Of a stretch of DNA of 64,000 nt, positions 26,200-37,084 are shown piece after piece; position 1 is the stretch's first letter; each line of letters starts with the position of its first letter. The notes beneath the pieces were generated by a model. The model made no database searches. It was not told the origin of the DNA and worked only from the letters and a program-made list of their open reading frames with translations. Made by a program: the position numbers and the translations under genes. Source of the DNA: Macrostomum hystrix (lineage: Eukaryota; Animalia; Platyhelminthes); assembly GCA_950097015.1 (NCBI GenBank), contig CATNEN010000038.1:32798001-32862000 (forward strand). The letters run 5' to 3'.

Positions 26200-26720
26200 G
26201 ATATTTGAGGAAGCGATATTTTGAGGAAGGGATATTGTGAGAAGAGGATATTGTGAGGAGAGGATATTGTGAGGAAGAGATATTGTGAGGAAGGGATATT
26301 GTGAGGAAGAGATATTGTGAGGAGAGGATATTGTGAGGAAGAGATATTGTGAGGAAGGGATATTGTGAGGAAGAGATATTGTGAGGAAGGGATATTGTGA
26401 GGAAGGGATATTGTGAGGAGGGGATGTTGTGAGGATAAGATATTGTGAGGAAGGGATATTGTGAGGAAGGGATATTGTGAGGAGAGGATATTGTGAGGAG
26501 AGGATATTGTGAGGAAGAGATATTGTGAGGAAAGGATATTGTGAAGAAGGGATATTGTGAGGATGGGATATTGTGAGGAGGGGATATTATGAAAAGGGGG
26601 ATATTGTGAGGAGAGGATATTGTGAAGAAGGGATATTGTGAGGATGGGATATTTTGAGGAAGGGATATTGGGAGGAGAGGATATTATGAAAAGGGGGATA
26701 TTGTGAGGAAAGGATATTTT
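26200..26720. repeat. 16 bp minisatellite (GATATTGTGAGGAAGG)
   Basis: Tandem array. Confidence 0.9.
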
Positions 26721-27199
26721 GAATAAATAACACAAACAGAACATTATAGCATTATTTCCAAATATATAAATCACTTAAAATAAAAGTAGATAAATCCTAA
26801 TTTTAGGAACTTACTTAGATAACAAAGTCCCAATTCTCAAGTCCCAAGCTGTCAGTGTCAAATTTTCGGCTTCAAGCAAGCCGCCCTGCCAAAACTAGGT
26901 AAATAGAGTTGTCAACATTGTAGCGTTAAAGAAGAAATCGCCACCAAACATCAAGTGGGCCATTAAGTCGAGCCTCATGACGGGCTCCCAACGCTACAAC
27001 AACGTTGGTTAGCTTGAAGCTTCCAATCTAGATTTACCTTCTAGATATCGAAACTGTCACTTGCTTACCCAACTTGTCAAGTGTTCTTCTGGGACAACTT
27101 GTCAATTTGGGCTATATTAGGCTAAGCTCAATACTGTAATGAATCCAATCCGGGCAACTCCACTCCGTAGACACACTCCGTACTGAGCTACCAATCGTC

Positions 27200-28532
27200 A
27201 TGCTGCAGTTGCTCGCCATCGCCACAGTGGCCCTGAGCCTGACCAGCTCCGTGCAGGCCAATGTCATCATGGCCAACCAGCAGATGGACCTGCTGATTCA
27301 GAGCCTCACTCAGAACCTGCGCGAGACCAACTCTCACCTGGTCAGCGTGCTGGATAAGAAGGTCGGCTTCAGCAAGAAGGTTCTGCTGGTCACCATCAAG
27401 GGCTCGGCGTCCATCAACGGTCAGCTGGGCGACTTGTCGACGGTGCGTCGGGCCGGAGACGCCTCCCTGACCCAGTCGGGCACCGTGCTCACCCTGCAGG
27501 GTCTCTTCGGAGCCGACATCGGCGGCAGCCTGAGGGCCGCCGTGTCCTGGAACGGCATCAAGGTGTCCGCCAGCGTTGGCGTCGGTCTGAAGAATTTCCG
27601 CGCCTTCCTGCGCGTCACTCACGACCTGGGAGCCGCGGGAGCCAGCCCGGAGCTGCGGGAGGTTCGAATCCACAGCATCGGCAGCCTCAGCGTGTCTGTT
27701 GGCGGCCTGGGCGTGCTGGACTGGGTGAGTGGAGGGAGCCGACTGTGAGACTCAAAGACTCAAAGACCACTTGGAGTAGAACGACGGGAAAGTACGTTTC
27801 TAAGAAAACATTTAGAAGGTGCATATACCGAAAGGAAAAAAAAGCATTTGCCGCTCGCGTCAATGTCTCGAAGTTTGATTCCGCGGCGAGGCCACATTCA
27901 TTTGGGGCGCAGCCGCGAAGAGAAGGCCTGTGGGGCTTGTCGTGCAATTTAAGCTCTTGAGGGCTAACCTCCAAGGCACAGTAATAGCGTACACTGCCTG
28001 ACGACACTGGTACACACCTGTGTGAGCTTATTTACTATTTTTATGCCAGCTCCACCGTGCCTAAAATTGCATTGTGATTCAGAATCCGCAAACTATAAAA
28101 CTTGGGTAAACTAATGCTTTTAATGGTTTTCTTTAAGAAAATTCAAATTCAAATTCTAACTCTAGTTCTAGGCCTATTGATGAAAATAGTATGCAGATTA
28201 ACTTCCTAGGAATACACATTTATAATATTCTTTGGAGTACCATACTCGTACTCGTTCGGTTAAATCAAAAGAAGCTCCTCAGATCTGCTTCGAAAAACTT
28301 TTATTATTTTTCTTAGAAACGTGTAATACCGTCCTTCGATCTTCTCCTTGGACTAAAATTACCCGTTTGCAAAGGCGTGACTAGTGCACAATTAACTGTT
28401 TCCCTGTTTTAGGTGCTCAGCCCGATCAGCAAGGCCATGTCAGGTATCATCAGCGAGGTGATGAACGGCTGGGTTGGCAACCAGCTGGCCGCTGCCCTGC
28501 GTCGCGTTGTCAAGCTGATCCGGCTTGGTTGA
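27200..28532 (+). CDS. Secreted group-7-allergen/TULIP-like protein, paralogue C (214 aa)
   Basis: Exons 27200-27724 and 28413-28532 (ttttag|GTG CTC AGC CCG...GGT TGA). Same intron position as B. Signal peptide; GQLGDLSTVRRAGDASLT. Confidence 0.85.
27872..28025 (+). mobile_element. SINE family B fragment in the intron of paralogue C
   Basis: GATTCCGCGGCGAGGCCACATTCATTTGGGGCGCAGCCGCG... matches the 21390-21520 copy. Confidence 0.75.
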
Positions 28533-28869
28533 CGCTCTCGACGTTATCTCTGGAGTTCTATAAGGATCATCTCCTGACTCCATGAGGCTCTCTACGTGAA
28601 TTCATGCAATATGGTTGTTGGACTCCAAACACATATTGGTATAATAAAATATAATTTGCTTGCCCTATCTTCTGGTTTCCAATGGGAAAGCTGTGAACTC
28701 CACAGCACTAGTTAAAGGTTACACAACCCTCTGAGTACATGCTTTTCGTTGTGTTGTTGTTCCAAGTATTGAAATCACTGATAATACTGGTAATGATGTT
28801 TACTATCTCTCTAGAATTTACCACATTATAGATACTTACGATTACGATTACCCAGCGAGCCACCGGGAA

Positions 28870-29530
28870 TTTGGTTGGGGAGACGCCAACTGGTGTTTGG
28901 TTGGGGAGACGCCAACTGGTGTTTGGTTGGGGAGACGCCAACTGGTGTTTGGCTGGGGAGACGCCAACTGGTGTTTGGTTGGGGAGACGCCAACTGGTGT
29001 TTGGTTGGGGAGACGCCAACTGGTGTTTGGTTGGGGAGACGCCAACTGGTGTTTGGTTGGGGAGACGCCAACTGGTGTTTGGCTGGGGAGACGCCAACTG
29101 GTGTTTGGTTGGGGAGACGCCAACTGGTGTTTGGCTGGGGAGACGCCAACTGGTGTTTGGTTGGGGAGACGCCAACTGGTGTTTGGTTGGGGAGACGCCA
29201 ACTGGTGTTTGGTTGGGGAGACGCCAACTGGTATTTGGTTGGGGAGACGCCAACTGGTGTTTGGTTGGGGAGACGCCAACTGGTGTTTGGTTGGGGAGAC
29301 GCCAACTGGTGTTTGGCTGGGGAGACGCCAACTGGTGTTTGGTTGGGGAGACGCCAACTGGTGTTTGGTTGGGGAGACGCCAACTGGTGTTTGGTTGGGG
29401 AGACGCCAACTGGTGTTTGGTTGGGGAGACGCCAACTGGTGTTTGGTTGGGGAGACGCCAACTGGTGTTTGGTTGGGGAGACGCCAACTGGTGTTTGGCT
29501 GGGGAGACGCCAACTGGTGTTTGGCTGGGG
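28870..29530. repeat. 26 bp minisatellite (TTGGTTGGGGAGACGCCAACTGGTGT)
   Basis: About 25 near-perfect copies between the convergent paralogues C and D. Confidence 0.95.
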
Positions 29531-29739
29531 GGCGCAACCAATGAGAAAAAGGGAAAAAGAAAAAGCTGTTACTTACAGCTAAATAGAATAGATATTTGGA
29601 GATGCGTATATTTTTATCGCGCTGGAGTCAATTTTAGACAACGATTCAACCAGACAGCAATGGATTTTATTTTTACGTTTCTTCCGAGCAAAGATTGTCA
29701 CAGCAGGCTCATTGCGCCTTTACGAAAACGTCGAGAGCA

Positions 29740-30457
29740 TCAGCCCAGCCGGATCAGCTTGACAACGCTACGCAGTGCGGCGGCCAGCTGGTTGCCAACC
29801 CAGCCGTTCATCACCTCGCTGATGATGCCTCCCATGGCGTTGCTGATCGGGCTGAGCACCTGCACGAATAGTGATGAGGCATGAGCAATGGAATGAAACT
29901 AAAGTGGCTAAATCAGCTTGTCGAAGGCTCTCTCCACTCACCCAGTCCAGCACGCCCAGGCCGCCAACAGACACGCTGAGGCTGCCGATGCTGTGGATTC
30001 GAACCTCCCGCAGCTCCGGGCTGGCTCCCGCGGCTCCCAGGTCGTGAGTGACGCGCAGGAAGGCGCGGAAATTCTTCAGACCGACGCCAACGCTGGCGGA
30101 CACCTTGATGCCGTTCCAGGACACGGCGGCCCTCAGGCTGCCGCCGATGTCGGCTCCGAAGAGACCCTGCAGGGTGAGCACGGTGCCCGACTGGGTCAGG
30201 GAGGCGTCTCCGGCCCGACGCACCGTCGACAAGTCGCCCAGCTGACCGTTGATGGACGCCGAGCCCTTGATGGTGACCAGCAGAACCTTCTTGCTGAAGC
30301 CGACCTTCTTATCCAGCACGCTGACCAGGTGAGAGTTGGTCTCGCGCAGGTTCTGAGTGAGGCTCTGAATCAGCAGGTCCATCTGCTGGTTGGCCATGAT
30401 GACATTGGCCTGCACGGAGCTGGTCAGGCTCAGGGCCACTGTGGCGATGGCGAGCAA
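29740..30457 (-). CDS. Secreted group-7-allergen/TULIP-like protein, paralogue D (inverted near-copy of C; no genomic ATG found)
   Basis: Exons 30457-29942 and 29859-29740. The large exon appears identical to C from codon 4; exon 2 differs (NAMGG/RSVV versus KAMSG/RRVV). The 5' boundary is ctcgcag|TTG next to a SINE-B remnant. Confidence 0.7.
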
Positions 30458-30460
30458 CTG

Positions 30461-30560
30461 CGAGTGTACACTGCCTGACGATGAGTCAAGGCAGATGTAC
30501 CACCTGAGTGTGCTCAGGAGTCAGCGAAATGGGCAGGATTGCCTCCTAGTCCTCGCTCTC
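30461..30560 (+). mobile_element. SINE family B 3' fragment abutting paralogue D
   Basis: TACACTGCCTGACGATGAG...CTCAGGAGTCAGCGAAAT.GGCAG.ATTGCCTCCT matches 21505-21625. Confidence 0.7.
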
Positions 30561-31291
30561 CTCAGTTATTTTTACTAATTACCTACTCAATATAAAAGGT
30601 AATAAACTAATATTTTTTATTACCTGAATAGTTTTTTGGTCGTGCAAATGTCGTCTTTAGCTCGTATATTGTCCACTATACTAAAAATGAAATGCTTGCT
30701 TGCTTGCTTGCTTGGTTGGTTGCTTGCTTGCTTGTAATTGATTTTCTCCAGAACGGCTCAACCAATTTTCACCATTTCTTCACCAAAAGATGCCAAATAT
30801 GGGGACAATTTTACACGTATTTTTATTAAGCTGAACTTTATTGCTAAGGGGATTAAATATTCGAAAAACATGATTTTTTCAAAGGTCAAACCATCTTGGC
30901 CTATTGAGAATTTTACTCACTGCCGCTGAATTGGAATTGCATCGTCAAATTGCGCAACAACCCCTAGCTGATTGAATTTGAAGCCTGCACTCTGGAGACA
31001 AATTGGAAATAAATGTACACAACCAACCGCGAGACTGAGTGTACTCTATTTTCTTACTTCATTGTACAAAGCCAGAACTTTGAGAATTCATTTTATAAGG
31101 CTGATTTTTGCACCCACTAACCAACAGTCGGAATAGCCGATGTGTAGGCACTAGGAATAGGTTAGGCTAGGCTAGGGTTCGATTCTGCACTGCGTCAAAT
31201 CATTTAGACTAATTTTCAGCCAGTAGTGATTGAAGATTATTTTTAATTTATTTTTTCATTTCGTAAATAAAATATCATAAATCATAGCACA

Positions 31292-33712
31292 CCTGAGTTT
31301 GAATCATGGCTAAACCATAGTCTGAATCATGGCTAAACCTGAGTTTGAATCATGGCTAAACCATAGTCTGAATCATGGCTAAACCATAGTCTGAATCATG
31401 GCTAAACCAGAGTTTGAATCATGGCTAAACCAGAGTCTGAATCATGGCTAAACCAGAGTTTCAATCATGGCTAAACCAGAGTTTGAATTATTGCTAAACC
31501 AGAGCTTGAATCATGGCTAAACCAGAGATTGAATCATGGCTAAACCAGAGTTTCAATCATGGCTAAACCAGAGTCTGAATCATGGCTAAACCAGAGTTTG
31601 AATCGTGGCTAAACCAGAGTTTGAATCGTGGCTAAACCAGAGTTTGAATCATGGCTAAACCAGAGTTTCAATCATGGCTAAACCAGAGTTTGAATCATGG
31701 CTAAACCAGAGTTTGAATCATGGCTAAACCAGAGTTTGAATCATGGCTAAACCAGAGTTTTAATCATGGCTAACCAGAGTTTGAATCATGGTTAAACCAG
31801 AGTCTGAATCATGGCTAAACCAGAGTTTGAATCATTGCTAAACCAGAGTTTGAATCATGGCTAAACCAGAGTTTGAATCATGGCTAAACCAGCGTCTGAA
31901 TCATGGCAAAACCAGAGTTTCAATCATGGCTAAACCAGCGTCTGAATCATGGCTAAACCAGCGTCTGAATCATGGCTAAACCAGAGTTTCAATCATGGCT
32001 AAACCAGAGTTTGAATCATGGCTAAACCAGAGTTTGAATCATGGCTAAACCAGAGTTTGAATCATGGCTAAACCAGAGTCTGAATCATGGCTAAACTAGA
32101 GTTTGAATCGTGGCTAAACCAGAGTTTGAATCATGGCTAAACCAGAGTTTTAATCATGGCTAACCAGAGTTTGAATCATGGTTAAACCAGAGTCTGAATC
32201 ATGGCTAAACCAGAGTTTGAATCATTGCTAAACCAGAGTTTGAATCATGGCTAAACCAGAGTTTTAATCATGGCTAAACCAGATCTTGAATCATGGCTAA
32301 ACCAGAGTTTGAATCATGGCTAAACCAGCGTCTGAATCATGGCAAAACCAGAGTTTCAATCATGGCTAAACCAGCGTCTGAATCATGGCTAAACCAGCGT
32401 CTGAATCATGGTTAAACCAGAGTCTGAATCATGGCTAAACCAGAGTTTGAATCATTGCTAAACCAGAGTTTGAATCATGGCTAAACCAGAGTTTGAATCA
32501 TGGCTAAACCAGAGTTTCAATCATGGCTAAACCAGAGTCTGAATCATGGCTAAACCAGCGTCTGAATCATGGCTAAACCAGAGTTTGAATCATGGCTAAA
32601 CCAGAGTTTGAATATTGGCTACACCAGAGTTTGAATCATGGCTAAACCAGAGACTAAATCATGGCTAAACCATCATCATCAGCATGGCTAAACTAGAGTT
32701 TGAATCATGGCTAAACCATCATCATCAGCATGGCTAAACTAGAGTTTGAATCATGGCTAAACCAGAGTTTGAATCATGGCTAAACCAGAGTTTGAATCAT
32801 GGCTAAACCAGCGTCTGAATCATGGCAAAACCAGAGTTTCAATCATGGCTAAACCAGCGTCTGAATCATGGCTAAACCAGCGTCTGAATCATGGCTAAAC
32901 CAGAGTTTGAATCATGGCTAAACCAGAGTTTCAATCATGGCTAAACCAGCGTCTGAATCATGGCTAAACCAGAGTTTGAATAATGGCTACACCAGAGTTT
33001 GAATCATGGCTAAACCAGAGTCTGAATCATGGCTAAACCAGAGTTTGAATCATGGCTAAACCAGAGTTTGAATCATGGCTAAACCAGACTTTGAATCATT
33101 GCTAAACCAGAGTTTGAATCATGGCTAAACCAGAGTTTTAATCATGGCTAAACCAGATCTTGAATCATGGCTAAACCAGAGTTTGAATCATGGCTAAACC
33201 AGCGTCTGAATCATGGCAAAACCAGAGTTTCAATCATGGCTAAACCAGCGTCTGAATCATGGCTAAACCAGCGTCTGAATCATGGTTAAACCAGAGTCTG
33301 AATCATGGCTACACCAGAGTTTGAATCATGGCTAAACCAGAGTCTGAATCATGGCTAAACCAGAGTTTGAATCATGGCTAAACCAGAGTTTGAATCATGG
33401 CTAAACCAGACTTTGAATCATAGCCAACCAGAGTTTGAATCTTGGCTAAACCAGAGTTTCAATCATGGCTAACCCAGCGTTTGAATCATGGCTAAACCAG
33501 AGTTTGAATCATGGCAAAAACCGAGTTTCAATCATGGCTAACCCAGCGTTTGAATCATGGCTAAACCAGAGTTTGAATCTTGGCTAAACCAGAGTTTGAA
33601 TCATAGCCAACCAGAGTCTGAATCATGGCAAAACGAGAGTTTGAATCATAGCCCACCAGGGTTTAAAACATGGCGAAACCTGAGTTTGAATCTTGGCTAA
33701 CCCAGCGTTTGA
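31292..33712. repeat. 23 bp satellite (GAATCATGGCTAAACCAGAGTTT)
   Basis: About 105 tandem units. Confidence 0.95.
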
Positions 33713-33721
33713 AAAATCAAC

Positions 33722-35246
33722 GTCAACTGGGGAGTCATCATCAAAATGGGAATCATGGTGAACTGGGGGATCATGGTAAACTGGGGGATAATTGTCGACT
33801 GGGGGATCATTGTCAACTGGGGGATCATTGTCAACTGGGGGATCATTGTCAACTGGGGGATCATTGTCAACTGGGGGATCATTGTCAAATGGGGGATCAT
33901 TGTCAACTGGGGGTTCTTTGTCAACTGGGGGTTCATTGTCAACTGGGGGTTCATTGTCAACCGGGGGATCATTGTCAACTGGGGGGTCATTGTGAACTGA
34001 GAGATCATTGTCAACTGGGGGGTAATGGTCAACTGGGGGATAATTGTCAACTGGGGAATCATCATCAACTGGGGAGCATCATCAACTGGGGGATCATTGA
34101 GAACTGGGGGATCTTTGTCAACTGGGGGATCATTGTGAACTGGGGGATCTTTGTCAACTGGGGGATCATTGTATACTGTGGGATCATTGTCAACTGGGGG
34201 ATCATTGTCAACTGGGGGATCATTGTCAACTGGGGGATCGTTGTCAACTGGGGGTTCATTGTCAACTGGGGGATCATTGTCAACTGGGGGATCATTGTCA
34301 ACTGGGGGATCATCATCAACTGGGGGATCATTGTCAACTGGGGGTTCATTGTCAACTGTGGGATCATTGTCAACCGGCGGGATCATTGTCAACTGGGGGA
34401 TCATTGTCAACTGGGGGATCATTGTCAACTGGGTGATCATCATCAACTGGGGGATCATTGTCAACTGGGGGAACATTGTCAACTGGAGGAACATTGTTAA
34501 CTAGGGATCATCATCAATGGGGAGACTTCATCAACTGGGGGATCATTGTGAACTGGGGGATCTTTGTTAACTGGGGGATCATTGTCAACTGGGGGATCAT
34601 TCTCAACTGGGGGATCATTGTCAACTGGGGGATCATTTTCAACTGGGGGATCATCATCAACTGGGGGATCATTGTCAACTGGGGGATCATTGTCAACTGG
34701 GGGATCATTGTCAACTGGGGGATCATTGTCAACTGGGTGATCATCATCAACTGGGGGATCATTGTCAACTGGGGGAACATTGTCAAATGGAGGAACATTG
34801 TTAACTGGGGATCATCATCAATGGGGAGACTTCATCAACTGGGGGATCATTGTGAACTGGGGGATCTTTGTTAACTGGGGGATCATTGTCAACTGGGGGA
34901 TCATTGTCAACTGGGGGATCATTTTCAACTGGGGGATCATCATCAACTGGGGGATCATGATCAACTGGGTGATCATTGTGAACTGGGGGATCTTTGTCAA
35001 CTGGGGGATCATTGTCAACTGTGGGATCATTGTCAACTGGGGGATCATTGTCAACTGGGGGATCATTTTCAACTGGGGGATCATCATCAACTGGGTGATC
35101 ATTGTGAACTGGGGGATCATTGTCAACTGTGGGATCATTGTCAACTGGGGGATCATTGTCAAATGGGGGATCATTGTCAACTGGGTGATCGTTGTCAACT
35201 GGGGGATCATTGTCAACTGGGGGATCATTGTCAACTGGGGGATCAA
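33722..35246. repeat. 18 bp satellite (TCAACTGGGGGATCATTG)
   Basis: About 85 tandem units, abutting the 23-mer array. Confidence 0.95.
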
Positions 35247-36589
35247 TGTAGAATTTAAAAGCTGTAAATTCAGCTGCTAAAAAGTATATTATAGACGAAT
35301 TAAAAGTATTTCTGCTCCCCGAAGGGGGGCAAAACTTGCTAGTAAGTAACTAAAAGTAATGGCAACAATTCGTAAGACAACAAAATGTTTTTGGCAAAAT
35401 CTTCAAATCAGCAGCGACAGAGAGGAAAACACACAGCTTGCTGGATGATAGCAAAATCAATCAAACCATAATTATTGAACTGTACTCAATATATTTCTCT
35501 GGCACAGACACTGTTTAGCAGAAAAGCTCAATTCTTATAAAAAACAGAAGGCGACATAATCTAGATAAGTACAAGACAACGAACGACCTATCACAGTAGA
35601 AAGCTATCAAATAGAATCTGGACAAGTAGTGACCCCATTATTCTGTATTCTGGTGCTGCATTTGATTATAAAATTAACTAGCTGTTTTTACAAAACTTTC
35701 TTTTTGTGACAGCAACAGAAGAAGGCTAGAGAATTAAATAACGAAAAAAGAAAACTTTTAACAAAAATTGGTTTCGTAGCAGAGAAAGCCAACTCAACAG
35801 GGCAAAGCAGCAGACTGAAATTAAAACTGGCATAAACGGGACGGATAGAAATGTTTGATAACAATCGTACTCAAATTATCAAAAGATAGTAAAAGTGTGA
35901 AAGCTTGTTCGAGTATATTAAAAATCATGTTTGAATGGTGCATTAAAAAGGCTGGCCAATATTATCATTTTACCGTACCTCATCCTGCTAAGCAACTTTA
36001 AATTAAAGTGCAAGTAAAAGTACACATGTTACACTGCCAAATTGAAAAACAAACTAATTTCTATTTGACTATCTCTGTATGCCAAAAAGTGTGAAAAATA
36101 TTCCTGATTTTTTACTTCGGTAGGTAACAAGCTATCTTACCTGTTAGACAGGGTATCCCCACCTGTTAGCCCGCTAAAAAATAGGGATGTTTTTTGGGTG
36201 ATTCCAGTTGGAATCTGCGGTGTTTCCAGAAAAAGAAACAGCCGAACGCTGGAAACATACCAATCGGATGACTCCATGCTTAGAATCTACCCAACTGGGC
36301 GTTTTCTCGGTGCTTCTTGGTGGCGAAATGGAATCACCCAAAGAATCCTCCAGTTCGGAAGATTCCATGCTCAGAAACCGCCGAGGAATCGCCCGTAAAT
36401 AATTCTCTGGTTGTCCCATGGGCCACTGGTTCGGGTGATTCTTCGGCGGTTTCCGCACAATTTACGGTTACATCGGCTGCTTCCTGGGTGGTTTCTTTAA
36501 CTCTTGCGAGATAGGGGGGATTTTGGTAGATTCCACTCCTATTTTACACAAAAAAACCCGCCGAAGAAGCAGCCGAATTTTTTACAGGG

Positions 36590-36890
36590 AGACAGAATAT
36601 CCGACCTGTTAGACAGAATATACCACATGTTAGACAGAATATCCCACATGTTAGACAAGATATCCGACCTGTTAGACAGAATATCCAACATGTTAGACAA
36701 GATATCCCACCTGTTAGACAAAATATCCCACCTGTTAGACAGAATATCCCACCTGTTAAACAGAATATCCCACATGTTAGACAAGATATCCTACCTGTTA
36801 GACAGAATAACACACCTGTTAGACAAGATATCCTACCTCATACCTGTTAGACGGAATATCCCACATGTTAGGCAGAATATCCCACCTGTG
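36590..36890. repeat. 21 bp minisatellite (CCTGTTAGACAGAATATCCCA)
   Basis: Tandem array; its core is the reverse complement of the GTCTAACAGG arrays at 50.6-57.6 kb. Confidence 0.9.
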
Positions 36891-37084
36891 CTCGTATTAA
36901 TTGGTGACCGAAACAAAAAAGCACAGAAGCAACAAAAGTTAAGCCTAAATAAAATTCTAAAAGATCTGAGCAAACACGTGTGAGAGTCAATCTGGCCAAA
37001 GGAATGAAGCAAACAAAAAAAGACTCAAAACCCAAAAGAAGAATCGCCAATGAGCCTCAAAAAGAGAGTTGCTGAACGAATTTC

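Larger units (their letters stand above)
30672..35342 (+). mobile_element. Non-autonomous Helitron-like element carrying two satellite arrays
   Basis: The 3' end has a GC hairpin GCTCCCC-GAA-GGGGGGC (35314-35330), then CTAG (35339-35342) and a T. The 5' region TCCACTATACTAAAAATGAAATG(CTTG)n...AACGGCTCAACCAATTTT resembles the 5' ends of non-autonomous animal Helitrons. 5' boundary approximate. Confidence 0.6.

Noticed and set aside
26868-27021. Possible ~150-bp MITE (GCTTCAAGC...GCTTGAAGC)
   Set aside because: Short imperfect inverted repeat, no clear TSD and no second copy in the window.
28708-35280. Repeat ORFs (GETPTGVW..., LGDHCQ..., WGIIVN...)
   Set aside because: Artefacts of the 26-bp and 18-bp arrays.
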